Of a DNA stretch of 64,000 nucleotides, positions 28,370 to 46,155 are shown piece by piece; positions within the stretch are counted from its first letter, which is position 1, and every line of letters starts with the position of its first letter. The stretch is from the human T2T-CHM13v2.0 reference genome, Homo sapiens, in the NCBI RefSeq assembly GCF_009914755.1, contig NC_060925.1; one strand, given 5' to 3'. Below the pieces are notes generated by a model. It saw only the letters and a list, made by a program, of their open reading frames with translations, was not told the DNA's origin and ran no database searches. Made by a program: the position numbers and the translations under genes.

Positions 28370-29745
28370 ATCTTCCAAGATAGATCACATTCTAGGTCAC
28401 AAGATGAATCTTATTAAATTTAAGAATGGAAATTACTCACACTGTGTTCTCTGATCAAAATAAAACTAAACGTAAAATAAATAGAAGGATGTTTGATAAA
28501 TCTAAAAATACTTTAAAAAGTAATCAATGTTGTACTAAGTAATCCACAGATTAAAGCAGAAGTTTCAAGGGAAAATAGAAAATATTTTAAGCTAAATGAA
28601 AATGAAAATTAAACATGTCAAATTATAAGAAACATATTTAAAGCAAGATTAGAGGGAAATTTACAGCATTATTTGCTCATGTTACAAAAGAATGAAGTTC
28701 TCAAGTTTATAATATAAGCTTCCACCTCCAGAAACTAGGGAAAAAAAAAAACGAATAGGAGACCAAACCCAAAGTAAACAACAGAAGGAAGAAAAAGATA
28801 CAATTATAAATTAATGAAATTGAGAATATACAAAAGCACAGAAAATCTGTGAAACTAGAAGCTGCTTATGTTATCCAAAATGAACAAACAAAATTGATTA
28901 CACTTTCAGGTAGTTTGAACAAGAAATAAAAGAGAAGGCACACATTACTTTATTAGAAGAAAAGATATATTATCACAACTGACCTCATAGATATTATAAG
29001 GATAAAGAGGGAATATTACAACAAAACTCTATGGACAAAATTTAACAGCTTATATGAAATGGATCAGTTACTTGAAAGACACTACCAAAACTCTCTCAAT
29101 AATAAATAGATAATGTAATGAGTATTAAATTTGTAGCTAAGATCTTTTTAAAAATGAAAATATCAGACCTAAATGGACTTAATTGTGAATTATGCCAAGG
29201 ATTTAAAGAAGAATTAAAGCCAGTTCTTAACAATGTCTTCCAGAAAATTTAAAAGAAAGCAACACTTTTCATCTCCATGAAATCAGCATATCCGGATACA
29301 CAAGGCAGAGATTTTAAAAGGACCCATAACACTCATATAAATGTAAACATCATTAACAAAATACTAGACAATTGTAATAACATATAAAAACTGTAACACT
29401 TCAGAATCAAGAGGTGTTATAGTAGAGATACAAAGCTAGTTCAACATTTGAAAATCAGTTAATGCAATCTATCATGTTTGCAGAGTAAATAAGAAAAAAT
29501 ATAATTATAGCAGTAAGTAAAGAAAAAGTTACAAAATTCAACATCCATTCATGATTTTAAAAATTACTGGCCAATTTTGAATAAAAGGAAACTTCTTTAA
29601 CTTGAGATACGAAAACTGCAAAAACCTACAGCTAATATTATACTTAATTTTGAAAGACAATGTCTTTCTTGAATAAGTCATGTCTAGACAAAGATATCAT
29701 CTGTAAACTTTCCTATTTAGACCTAAAAAAAGTCTGAACCTAAAT
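28370..29745 (+). mobile_element. Old L1 (L1MC/MD-like) ORF2 fragment
   Basis: CAAGATAGATCACATTCTAGGTCAC..., ACAAAATTCAACATCCATTCATGAT..., AAAACCTACAGCTAATATTATACTTAAT. Confidence 0.85.
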
Positions 29746-29960
29746 ATATATATTTATATATAAATGTTTACATATAATATAAATATGTTTACATATAAAT
29801 ATGTTTACATATAATATAAATGTTTACATATAAATGTTTACATATAATATAAATGTTTATATATAATATAAATAATGTTTATATATGTTTATATATAATA
29901 TAAATAATGTATTTATATATAGAATAATGTATTCATATATATATGCTATATATATATTTT
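29745..29960. repeat. AT-rich degenerate minisatellite (core ATATAAATGTTTACAT)
   Basis: Repeated ATGTTTACATATAA/ATGTTTATATAT units. Confidence 0.9.
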
Positions 29961-30099
29961 TTTTTTTAATTCAAAGAACTCCAGAAATAATATATGGACC
30001 CAACTCAGTCTATACCTTTATCATCTCAGTTTTAGATGTCTCGTTATAGGATATGAAAATGTCACATGTGCCTCTTCAGCCCTTACAGCTAAAGAGTTC

Positions 30100-30500
30100 A
30101 AGTCATGTGTCTAGACTCTCACAATCAGACCAAAGACTAATTTTGGAGTCAGAAGCTCACTTTTTACAATTCTAGGAGATATGATTCATATGGGTTACCC
30201 CTGTCCTGGAGCTTTTGATGAAAATAATCCATGCAGTGGAGCTCTTAGTACTTCCACGGTAGCAGAAAATAGTGTAGGATGGGTTCCAGGCCCCAGCTTG
30301 GAGTGTATCAAACCACAGCACTCAGAATTTAGTGAGGCGTGGTTTCCTCACTAGACCAGTTCTGCAGATTTGTTAGTGTTGTTACTGTTGTTATTGTACT
30401 GGGACTTTGCTCCTAATTGGAGTGTATTGCACCTGGTTCTCCATGAAGTTACCTAGATTCCTTTCAGTAAACTTCTATTCTGTTCCAGTAATGACCCTAA
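30100..30500 (+). mobile_element. ERVL LTR relic (LTR33-like)
   Basis: GTGGTTTCCTCACTAGACCAGTTCTGCAG...CCTGGTTCTCC...CCTTTCAGTAAACTTC. Confidence 0.4.
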
Positions 30501-31111
30501 GCAACATACATATTCCATTTATTTTTAATAGCCACCTGAAGTATTTGAAGACAGCTTTAAGACTTTACAAAGGTATCTATTGCACAAAGAAATATAGGCA
30601 TGCACTGCACACGGACACATTGATGAATGGCAGACTGAATACATGCCAGTGGCCCCAACAATTATAAAGGAGCTGAAAAACTCCTATTGGCTAGTGACAT
30701 CGCAGCTGTTGTAATGTCATAGGGCAATGCATCCCTCAGGTAAGCAAATGTGCTTTGCTGCCAGTTGTGTAATAGTATGACACATACTATTATGCACTGT
30801 ATATAATAGTTGGTAATGATATTAAACTATTCTGTTAGTGGTTATGTATTTGCTACACTATGTTCTTTCGCATTATTTTAGAATGTACTCCTCCTCCTTA
30901 TTAAAACCAAGTTAAGGGTAAAAGAGCCTCAGTCAGATCCTTAGGAGATATGTTAGAAGGCATTGTTTTACAGGAGATGACAGCTTCATGCCTGTTACTA
31001 CCCCCAAAGACTTCTCAGTGGGATAAGTCACACATGTAAAAGACAGTGATATTGATGATCCTGACCCTGTATAGGGCTAGATTTAAGTGTGTGCTTGTGT
31101 CTTAGATTTTA

Positions 31112-33319
<2,208 letters not shown>

Positions 33320-33403
33320 TAGATTTTAACAAAAAAATTTAAAAATAGAAAAATTGAAAAATGCTTGTAGAATAACAATATAAAGACAGAACACACACAG
33401 ACA

Positions 33404-33416
33404 TATAGATATAGAT

Positions 33417-33452
<36 letters not shown>

Positions 33453-33479
33453 ATAGATAGATGAATAGAGAGAGAGAGA
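33404..33479. repeat. (TAGATA)n(TAGA)n(GA)n microsatellite in the Alu tail position
   Basis: Read directly from the sequence. Confidence 0.95.
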
Positions 33480-33759
33480 GAGATGGAGTCTCGCTCTGTC
33501 ATCCAGGATGGAGTGCAGTGGTGAGATCTCGGCTCACTGCAACCTATGCTCCTGAGTTCACGCCATTCTCCTGCCTCAGCCTCCCTAGTGGCTGGGACTA
33601 CAGGTGCCTGCCACCATGCTCGGCAAATTTTTTGTATTTTTAGTAGAGATGGGGTTTCACCATGTTAGCCACCATGGTCTCGATCTCCTGACCTCGTGAT
33701 CTGCCCGCCTCGGCCTCCCAAAGTGCTGGGATTACAGGTGTGAGCCATGGCGCCCGGCC
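33480..33759 (-). mobile_element. AluY
   Basis: TTCACGCCATTCTCC, GGTCTCGATCTCCTGACCTCGTGATC; TSD GACAGAACA. Confidence 0.9.
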
Positions 33760-36700
33760 GACAGAACATATTTTTATACATTTGTACAATGTATTTGTGT
33801 TTTAAGCTAAGTGTTATTAAAAAATAAAAATATTACAAAAATTAAAATATTTATGACATGAACACTTTACAGTAAGCCAATGTTAATTTATTATTGAAGA
33901 ATTTTTTAAATAAATTTAGTGTAGCCTACATGTACATTGTTTATAAAGCCTACCTACAGTAGTGTACAGCAATTTCCTAGCCCTTCATATTTACTCAAAA
34001 CTCAACTCACTCACGGACTCACCCAGAGCAACTTCTAGTCCTGCAAGCTTAATTCATAATAAGTGCCCTATACCAGTGGACCAATTTTTATTTTTTATTG
34101 TATTTTACTGTATCTATTCTATGTTTAGACATGTTTAGATACACAAATACTTACCATTGTGTTACAGTTGCCTACAGCGTTCAGTAAAGTAACATGCTGT
34201 ATGGGTATCTGGCCTGGAAGCAATAGGCTATAATATACAGCCTAGGTATTTAGTAGTAGTAGCCTAGGTATTTTATCGTCTGCAGGACAATATCTATAAT
34301 TGGAATCATAGTCCATGAATCGCTATCCTATGTAAACCTCATTTTTCACATCTGTGAAAAGAAACAGAGTAAGTAGCCTGTAAGATTGTTAAAAGAGAAA
34401 TAATCCTTTTATACATTGTGATAATGTGTTATACAAAAGAAAAATGAAGTTATTTTTATGTGAAAGTTCTATTATAAGAACTCTCAAGTTCAGAGCAACA
34501 TTATGTTTCTCACACTGGAAAAGTCATGATGAAAAAGAAAATTAAATGTTTTTCGTCAAATATTGATTGTACTTGCTCCATTGCCAATTAAAATGAAGGA
34601 GAATTAAATTCTCCATGTTGGTAGAGTAGCAGACATGTGGGTTAGAAAGGAGAAAATTATCTATTTTACTTCAAAGTTAAAAATTCAGGGGAAAAATTAC
34701 CTCTGGTATGTCAATAGTTTAAAAACCTGGCTCACTGTTTTAGATATATGGAAGATATAAAACATATTGAATATATTATCATTGAAATCTACAAAATATG
34801 GTAAAGTTGTAAAGTTAATATGAGTGTATTTGCAATTGATATATTTTTTCCCAAATTGAACAAATATCCCCACGTGCTTGGGAAAAATATAGTTGCTTAA
34901 AGTTTTCAGAATGATAACAAAAATAATTTCAATCAACAAATACAGGTTAGTGCCTTGAATTTTCCCTAGGCAAATACAATTTGATCATTTTAATAAAATA
35001 TTTGGAAATCTTCAGTGTTGTGCATTGTACCCTAATTAAAACCTTAGGAGAAAACACAATAAAAAATGTGACATCATTTATCATTTTCACATTGACAAAT
35101 TTTCAACAGAAAGTATCATAATTTTAATTTTGAGGAATATAGACATTCTTAAACCAGAAGTTCTAAATACAATCTCCTACCTTGCATTGCTTTACATTGA
35201 ATATGTATTTTAAAGCATGATTTTTCTTTTAAAAATTGTCAAATGTGTTTATTTTAGCATATAAGAAATTATGAAACGACATTCGGCAGGGGCCCACAAA
35301 ATTGTGAAACAGATACGTAACATAGAAGATTATTTTTTTCTTGAAAAAAAAATATAAGGACACTCTACATCTACACTTAGTGCAATCATTTTAGAATATT
35401 TATTATACATGATTTCCTTATAGTTTAATTTTTATTATATACATTGACTGTTTTTATCTCCTATGGTTAAGAAAAAGTATTAAGCAAATCTTGAGTAAGT
35501 GATAACTCCAATTTGAGAACTTCTAATTTATTAAAAATTACTTCTTTTTAATGCTGATCAAGTCAACTAAAATTTCAATAATATAGGGATAATGCATAGG
35601 CTATATAACTCATTTACAATGATAATCAAAATTTTGACATAAAGCTTTAAGCTTGAAAACTGACAGTAAACAGTTTCAAATCATATGCAATAATAAACGT
35701 GTTATATCTTATGTTTGAAACTCAGTTTTGAATAAAGAGACACTTAACTAGAAATATGTAACATGGTGAATGATACAGATTGAGTAATCCTTATGTAAAA
35801 ATTCTTGGGACCAGATATGTTTTAGATTTCAGATTTTTTCATATTTTGGAATATTTGCATAACAACAATGAGATATCTTGGGGATGGGACTTAAGTGTAA
35901 GCAAAAAATCCATTTATGTTTTATATACACCTACTATACATAGCTTACAGATAATTTTATACAATATTTTTAATGAATTTGTGCACAAAATGCAGTTTGT
36001 ATACATTGAACCATCAGAAAACACAGTCACTATCACTATCTCAGCCACCCATGTGGACAATCTGTTTGTTTGGCATCACCATCATTCCTGTCTCTAAATT
36101 TACACAGTACTGATAAGCAATGATTTTCTTTGGCTTATTCACACATAAGTACATAGCATAAAAATGTGACATACCATTATTCCAGTGAAAAATAATGTGT
36201 TCTGAGTAACAAAACAGCATAGTAACATCAACAGAATACTTACATCAGTTGTTAGACAGCAGCAACATCAAACAATGGCAGGTTTCCGGTCTCCACCACG
36301 ATGCTGTATTTTGATTAGAAGGTTTTTGTACAACTTATTTTATTTTGGGGGGGTCAGTAGAAACATCAAACCAGTTGAGGGACCAGGAAGTGGGTCTTCC
36401 AAAAAATGAGGAGGGCTTCTGGTGGATGGCTTTTTAAATGTCTCCCCGAGGGTCATTTGCTCATTAACTACATTTTTTTTCTCCTTTAATAAGCCCATCA
36501 CACCTTTTCACCACATTATCTATAGTTTCTTTTTTTGTGCAGTGTTAATAACATCAACTTCATCATCATTATTATCATCATCTCAATTCATTATAGTTTT
36601 AGCTAATTCACCATCATTCAAAGAATTAACAACTGGAGCCTTATTATTGATGTTAAAAACATCTTCAGCATTTACTTCTTACTTGTCAGCGTACTGACAG

Positions 36701-37261
36701 ACTCTGAAAGTATATTATGTCTGCATATGTAAGGAGGTCAGATATAATTGTGTACACAATTGACATACAGAATTCTTCAAAGTCACCATCTTGTTCATCA
36801 TCAACACTGAACATATTTGCAGGCCAGAGATTGTGCCAGGCATGCACAACTTGTGCCTTTAGTCACTGTATTCCAAGGATTGGCAACACCAATAGAGTTT
36901 CCTTCACGTTAAACTCCCTTTGAAAACCTCCCATTTCCACTATTCTGTATTCTGTTCACTGCTGCTAGCATGCTGTTTAGGAAAGCATGCTTTCATATTT
37001 ACTCTTTATTGATTTTCGGATAATCTCATCACATGACTGAATTAATGATGTCACATTTGGGAGAAAGTACATAACATAAAGATTATTTTGATGAGAATTT
37101 CAACGGGAGGAGGAGCAGATCAGTTGTCAAGGAATAACCAAATCTTGCAGTGCTCTTGTAGTTCAGATTCCCTTCAGTGAGTATAAACTGCTGGTACAAA
37201 ATATGAAACCAATCAGAAAAGATGTTCCTACTGATCCATGGCTAGCATAATATTTGGTTAG

Positions 37262-37678
<417 letters not shown>

Positions 37679-38319
37679 TGTCCTTGCCATCTTTAATTCC
37701 TGTAGGAGCTGTCTTATCCATTATAATCCATATCTTTCTGGGGCAATAACACCAAAACAGTAATGTTTCCTCACCCTTATAGATTTGTTCTATCAGCAAT
37801 TAGCTTGGCAAACTTGTCAATGGATTTGCTGCTTTGTAGTTAGCAGATGCTTTATTCCACAAATATTTAAAAAACTTAATCCCATGTATAGTCTAATATT
37901 CCTGTGGCTACATTGTTGAATAATCAGTTCCCTTCAATTTTCATGATGAATTTTCACTTGCTTCTTGATTCCACCAAACCTTTAAATAGTACGTCTTCAC
38001 TGTGATGCTGATGCACCCACTGTTTCAATAAACAATCACAATCTTGAATCTTAGCTTTACACAATGGTTTTGTATTTTTCAGTAACTTCTAATAAACTGT
38101 TAGCATAGAATTTCAAAAGTTTATTATTCTGCTTCTTCAGACAATATATATAGAGGTCTTTTCAACATTGTACACCATACTCCTCTGTAAGATGTTTCAC
38201 ACTTACACTGCTGTCCAGTTTCTCCAATAGCTTACTTTCTGCAACATAGAAAAACAAATGCTTCCTATTTTTCTCATCACTGTTGCTCATAGAAATATCT
38301 GCAGGCCTTTTTGATATTT

Positions 38320-38636
38320 TTTTTCCTTTCTTTCTTTCTTTTTTTTTTTTTTTTTGAAACAGAGTCTTGCTCTGTCGCCTAGGCTGGAGTGCAGTGGTGC
38401 AATCTTGGCTCACTGCATCCTCTTCCTCCTGGTTCAAGCGATTCTCGTGCCTCAGCCTGCCAAGTAGCTGGGACAACAGGCACACACCACCACGCCTGGC
38501 TAAATTTTGTATTTTTAGTAGAGACGTGGTTTCACCATGTTGGCTAAGCTGGTCTGGAACTCCTGACGTGAAGTGATCCACGTATCTCAGCTTCCCAAAC
38601 TGCTGAGATTACAGGCCTGAGTTACCGCACCCAGCC
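38320..38636 (-). mobile_element. AluS (Sx/Sz-like)
   Basis: GGTTCAAGCGATTCTC, GAACTCCTGAC..AAGTGATCC; TSD ATATTTT. Confidence 0.92.
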
Positions 38637-39693
38637 AATATTTTCAATAATATATTTACACCGGAGCAGAGAATTAAAAAAAAAATACAGTGAGTAATGC
38701 ACTTAAGTTTTGGCTTCAAGTGGGGCAGCTTGAAGAAGGAACCTGAGGAACCTGCTGTTGGCTTACCTGATCTGCACATGTGTTATTTTATTATCCTTTT
38801 TGAGCGGGTTTACGTCGGCGAATCTGGGCATGTAAGGAAAATACAGTATAGCTAAAGGAGGCTGGGAGGGACTTTTTTCCTTTGTGGATGCTAAATAAAG
38901 TGTGTGTTGTTTACTGTGTTTTGACTGTAACCTGGAACATGCGATCAGATGAAGAACTTTCCGTTTGTGGCATTATGTTGGTAGTCAAAAATGTTTAATT
39001 TTGGATTTGGGGTTTTCATATTAAGGATGTCCAACTTGTATATTGTTAAAACCGCGGAATACATTATCAGTTTTTTAGATAAATGTTAAGTGCAAGAAAT
39101 AATTAGTGTACTGCAGAAAGGCAGTGAATAATTTATTTTCATGCCTATCCCAAACTTAAGTGTACTAAACAAAATTACAGTTGTCTCGTTTAAAAATTAT
39201 TGCTTAAAAGACATAAGGCATGTGAATTTAAGACTGCATCATTTCCCCGATAATCAGAGGCATTATATATATCACTAATTGATATGTCCATCCCTGGAAG
39301 AAAATTGGATGAAAGTAGCTCAAAATTTTCATTTGTTTTCTGAGTGAAAATTGTGACAAGTTTAATAAATAAATAAATAGTGCTAATTGCATTTTTAAAC
39401 ATCAGCATGTTACGTTTTACTGCCAAGACAATGCAGTGGGTTGAAGGGAAAATGTTCAAAATATTTTTCACATACAATTTATCCAATTTTATTACACGTT
39501 TTTTCACAACTAAAGAAGGTGGCAGTTGTTATGGGATTAAAATGAAGAGAAATCTGGGAAAAGTATTATTCAAATAATTCAAAAATATAGAAACATCCAT
39601 TTTATTTGCATAAAACTAGCCTAAAAACTTCATGGTTGTATTTAGGCATTTGCTTTTATTGTATCCTGAAATAAGAACATCCCTTAACCTATT

Positions 39694-39890
39694 CAGGGCT
39701 GGACACAAAGTGTACAAATAAAGGCCAACATACCTTGTGTAACACTTAAAATAGATCAATAAAACAAAGCATTAAATGGTTTTGTTTTTCTACCTTGAAA
39801 ACCATAATTTATAACAACCTGGAAGGCTATGTTAGGGTGTAGAATTCTTGGACTCTCTGAGTTCTGCACCAGAATTGGAAGCAAAAGAGA
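39694..39890. mobile_element. Possible ancient DNA transposon relic (family uncertain)
   Basis: AAGGCCAACATACC...CTACCTTGA...ACAACCTGGAAGGC...AGAATTCTTGGACTC resembles an old repeat I recall but cannot name securely. Confidence 0.3.
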
Positions 39891-40250
39891 GCCAATCAGG
39901 GTTGGTCTATCTTTTTAACCCGAGAGGACAGAGTTTCATTTATAAGGAATGGGGCCAGAGGTAAACCCATTAAGTCACAGCTGCCTAAAAGATTGGTAAT
40001 TTTACGTGAGTAATTTACTAGATAACTGTGAAGGATAGATAAAAAATTACATTTAATGAGGATTTGATATTGGGTTAAAAAGAAATGAATCATTTCTAGT
40101 TTTAGTAACATGGTGCTCTGATTTATACTTTCATCATTCCACTCTAATTAAAATTCCTAAAAATAGTTGATGGAATATTATCAAATTTGTTTACAGATTA
40201 CTCGGAGCAAGAGTGTGCAGAAACAATAAAGATAATTAATATCTTAAGAT

Positions 40251-41546
<1,296 letters not shown>

Positions 41547-42526
41547 GTGCAGTTACTTAATATGTTTTCCTTTGGAACAAAAATTATATAATATGCAACT
41601 TCACACTTGTGATTCCTTATTTCACTAATTTTCATTGAGAATATGACCTTTTTTTTCAAGGATTAAATGTTAATATACTGTGAAAAAAAAAGATATTTAC
41701 ATAAAAAACTATCGGAAATACACGTGGGTAAACCTAAATAAAAATAAACTAAATACATAACAGTAATACAAAAGAAGACATAAATTTCAGATCTAATCTA
41801 ACTGCAGAAACAATGTCAAAGGATGCCAAAGATACCAGAGGAATGGTTTAACAACTTCACTGCACTCCAGTGTTAAGAACAACTAAGGAATTATTTATCC
41901 TTAATTAAAATTCTTGAAATATTAATTGATATTGTGTATCCAGTTGAAGACAAATGAGCATCCTACTGAGGTTACTAAGTATTGACTATTGATTTGAGAA
42001 CATTTACAACTTTTAAATTTTTTAAATAAGATTTGTTTTTACATAATGTATAATTTATGAACTTCAGCAGAACTAAAACAGAAGTTAGACTCATACCTCT
42101 TCAGGTGCAACTTGACTAAAAAATTGTTTAAGCCAGAAGTCTCTAGACCCTTCAGTTTTCCTGTGTTAATGTGATGCTCACTTTCATCAGCTCTTGTCTC
42201 AAAACTGCGCATATCCCAACTGGCGACAATGACATTAGGACCCATATTTATTGTATGACAGCTCCATGATACTGTTGCTGTGTATACTGCTCTGCTCTGG
42301 AGTCTGTAACATGTCTTGAAATTGTTCTTGGGTGAGGCTACTGTGAGTTTGATTGACACTCTGAAGCTAAAATACACCCCAGTGATCTAATTACTTCCTT
42401 GCTGCTTTAAAGAAAATCCTAAAGACATTAGAGAAATACCACCCTTTTAAGAAAGGTGATGAAGACACTGAAGATGATAACCTGTGGAAAGCATCAGAAT
42501 TAGCTTTAAGTCATAAATTATTCATG

Positions 42527-43877
42527 TTTTTAAAATTTTTAAGAAACAACCATACTGGTGACATTTATAGCTGTACTAATTTATAGCTCCCACAAAAAGT
42601 GTATGAGTTTCATTCTTGCTAGTATTTGTCTTCATTCTTGCTAGTGTTTGTTATTTTTTTGTATTTTTCATAATAGGTATTCTAACCAGGATAAAGTTAT
42701 ATCTCAGTGTGTTTCAGTTTGCATTTCCCTGATGATTAGTGATGTTGACCACTTTTTCATATACCTGTTGGCTGTTGATATGTCTTCTAATAAATGTCTA
42801 TTCAGGTCATTAGCCCATTTTAAAAATAAAGTACTTTTATTTTTGCTATTGAGTTGTTTGAGTTCCTTATATATCCTATATATTAATACTTTGTCAGCTG
42901 CATTGTCTGAAAATATTTTCTCTCATTCTGTAGGTTTTCTTTTCACTATGTTGATTATTTCCTCTGCTGTGCAGAATCTATAGAAATAACTACCATATCA
43001 TCTAACAATCCCACTACTGGGTATATATTCAAGGGAAATGAAATTAGTGTGTCAAAGAGATTTCTGCATTCCCATGTTTATTATAGAACTATTCACAGTA
43101 GCCAAGATATGGAATCAACCTAAATGTCCATCAACAAATGAATGGTTAAGCATGGTGTCTCATGCCTGCAATCCCAGTATTTTCAGAGGCTGAGGAGGGA
43201 GGAGTGCTTGAGCCCAGCAGTTTGAAACTAGACCAGACAACACAGTGAGATCCTGTCTCTACAAAAAATAAAATAAAACAAATTAGCTGGGCATAATGGT
43301 GTATTCCAGTGGTCCCAGCTACTGTGGTCCAGGTTGCAGTGAGCCGTGATAGCACCACTGCACTCCAGCCTGGGGGATAGGGCAAGAGCCTGTATTTAAA
43401 AAAATAAAATCAATCGATGGATTTTTAAAATGTGGTATGCATACAAGATGGAAGATTATTCAGCCATAAACAGAGCAAAATCCTGTCATTTGCAATGAAA
43501 TGGATGAACCTAGAGGACATTATATTAAGGGAAATAAGCTAGGGACAGAAATACAAATAGCACATGATCTCATTCATACGTGAAATCTTAAATGACTGAA
43601 GTCATAGGCTTACAGAGTAGAATAGTGGTTATCATAGGTGGGGAATGTAGGGGAAGGGGGATGGAAAGAGGCCAATTAACAGGTACAAAGTACAATTAGA
43701 TAGAAGCAAAAGTTCTGGTGTTCCGTTACACAGTAAGGTACCTAAGTCAACGATATGTATTGTATAATTCAAAATAGGTAGAAGAAAGCAGTTTGAATGT
43801 TCTTACCAAAAAAACGTATTTGAGGTGGTTAATATACTAATCACTTTAAGTTAATCATTACACAATGTGTACATATA

Positions 43878-43913
<36 letters not shown>

Positions 43914-43985
43914 CACTGAAACATCACAGTATACCTCATATGTACATACAATTCTTATGTATAAATTAAAAAATAACAAAATATT
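42527..43985 (+). mobile_element. L1MA5-like 3' fragment with inverted 5' segment (42527-~42980 minus; ~42981-43985 plus)
   Basis: The reverse complement of the minus block ends where the plus block starts (TAGAA..CTACCATAT); L1MA-type 3'UTR and A-rich tail. Confidence 0.85.
43144..43410 (+). mobile_element. AluJ with right-arm deletion
   Basis: GGAGTGCTTGAGCCCAG; GAGCCGTGATAGCACCACTGCACTCCAGCC. Confidence 0.88.
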
Positions 43986-45273
43986 AAACTATCTAGAAGA
44001 CAAGTTTGTGCATGCATTTTCAAAAAATTTACTTCAATTTTTTTCTTTTTGCAAAAAATTCTAAATAACTAAAAAAATTACATTCAATGTGTATCAAATT
44101 TAAAAAAATAGTAACAAAGCAATCTCACATTGTTTAATTGGCAACAGGTTTCAGTTTGTAGTGTACATAAAATAATGACACATCCTATACCTCTGGTGTT
44201 TAGAGCAAATGAAATATGACACAGTCTATTCACAAGCACAATCTGAATACTTTACTTTCAAAGAGCACAATGATTCTCTGGTTTTGATTGTCAGCCCTTC
44301 TAGAAAGAATTAGGTAAAAATATAACCTGCTTATATGAATATACCATTAGTCCTCAGCACTGTACCCTTTAAAGTTCTGTGTATTTTTTCTGTCTTTTTC
44401 CATCTTGACACACTTTAGACTCACTGTGTGGGATAGAATGAATCAATCAAGTTCATAAAAATACTGACTAGCTTTGTGTTCACAGAACAATAGTCACTGA
44501 TAGAGTTCAAATTGCCATATTAGGAAGATAAAAATGAAATTAAAGATGAACATAAATAACTTGAAATAAGTCTTATTTTAATTATTTAAGTGAACAGTAT
44601 AATGTTTTTGATGAATACTTGAAACTATATTCTATATTGTTAAGACTATATTACCTTAAGGCTGTGTATTACCGTGTTTTTTATAATAAAAAACATTTAG
44701 GATTTTTAATGGAAAGTTGTTTATTTTCAGTGAAAATAAATGAGGAACACACTGTCATTTCACAGCATTTCTGCTACTCTATTAATTTGTTAAACCATTT
44801 AAAGATTTTTAAAAATCAAACACATGCCCATTTATCCATGTAACCTATCCATTAATCTAAAAGATAATAATTCTAGCTATTAATTGTTATGATAAACTAA
44901 CATTTCTTAAAAATGTTATTTTTATGGCCTTTTATTTAAAAATCATGAAAATTTAAAACTACACTACATTAATTTGCAAATGAATTCACTCAAACCAAAA
45001 TGAACATATTTTAATTTTCAATACAGTTTAACTCTCTGTATAGGATAAGAACGTAAAATCTTTAAAATTGGAACGTGCAGAAAAATGTTTTCAGAATGAT
45101 CAAAGCATATGTATTGTCTTTTTCATTCTTAGACATTTCTTGCTATGGGGCATTTATCATGTGATTTATCTGCAATACTGACAATTTCATGAAATCATCA
45201 AGTAGTTTCTATAATATTTAAAGTAAATTACCAATATTCATGCAGTAACACCAAAATGAGTTCGTGATGTAAC

Positions 45274-45420
45274 TGCAGCAGTTGAAAAACATGGCACTAA
45301 AATTCCTTGACACTCCACCCATTCAGGTGTCTCCAATTCCCTTGATTATAATTCAAGTTTACAATTGCTTCAACCCACAGAATACAGTGGAAGAAATGCT
45401 GTGTGACCTCTGAGGCCATT
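45274..45420 (+). mobile_element. MLT1F/G-like LTR 5' fragment
   Basis: AAATTCCTTGACACTCCACCCAT...ACAGAATACAGTGGAAGAAATGCTGTGTGACCTCTGAGGC. Confidence 0.65.
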
Positions 45421-45983
45421 TGGATAGCACAGCTGGTGATGTCTATAAATACTCTTGTGTTGTGTTTTTCTAGTATAGGTGGTCAGAACAGGCACTACTG
45501 CTAGCCCTCTGTAAACACTGGGCACTATTCTAGATAATTCCATCTCATAAGTGTTTCTTCTCAAGCTCAACATTCTTTGGTTGACTATCACCATCTGAAA
45601 CACAAGTGTTTCATATATTTTACTACTTTTTGTTTATTTCAAGCAGTAGAGTAATTCTCATGCGTGCTAGTTCATTTTTGCCAGAAGTAGAAAGAAGTCT
45701 CTGCAGTATTTGTTTGGTTCTTGGTTTCACCTATCTCTTGATACACATATTAATAAAAAGAAGCAGAACTATGAAAAAACAATTTTAATAACAATGTTTT
45801 GCAGTAATTGGACCACATTACACTAATATTATTAAATAATTAGTTAATAATTTTTAAATACTGTTTTCACTGTGTGTATGTGTGTGTATACATAGATATT
45901 TTAATACATCAAATTTCATGAATCATACTTCATGGCAATATAATGGCCAAATAAACAGGTGTTTATTAAGCTCAAGCCAAGAT

Positions 45984-46155
45984 CAGTGGGTCTCATTTTA
46001 CATAAAAGTTATTAAGAAACTTGCTGAAAATATGCACTCTGAAATTCAAACCCAGAAATTATGACTTAATTGTTATGAGGACTCAAAAGTTTACGTTCAT
46101 ACCCTGGGAATTCTGATGCGAGTATTCAGTGGATCAGATTTTGAGAAAACCTCTA
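45984..46155. mobile_element. MER5-like hAT relic
   Basis: CAGTGGGTCTCA start; CCCTGGGAATTCTGATGC...TTTGAGAAAAC end. Confidence 0.45.

Noticed and set aside
42039-42377. 112-aa minus-strand ORF or plus-strand exon in unique DNA
   Set aside because: No recognisable domain and a non-ATG start; the candidate plus exon (42105-42331) has stops in all three frames.
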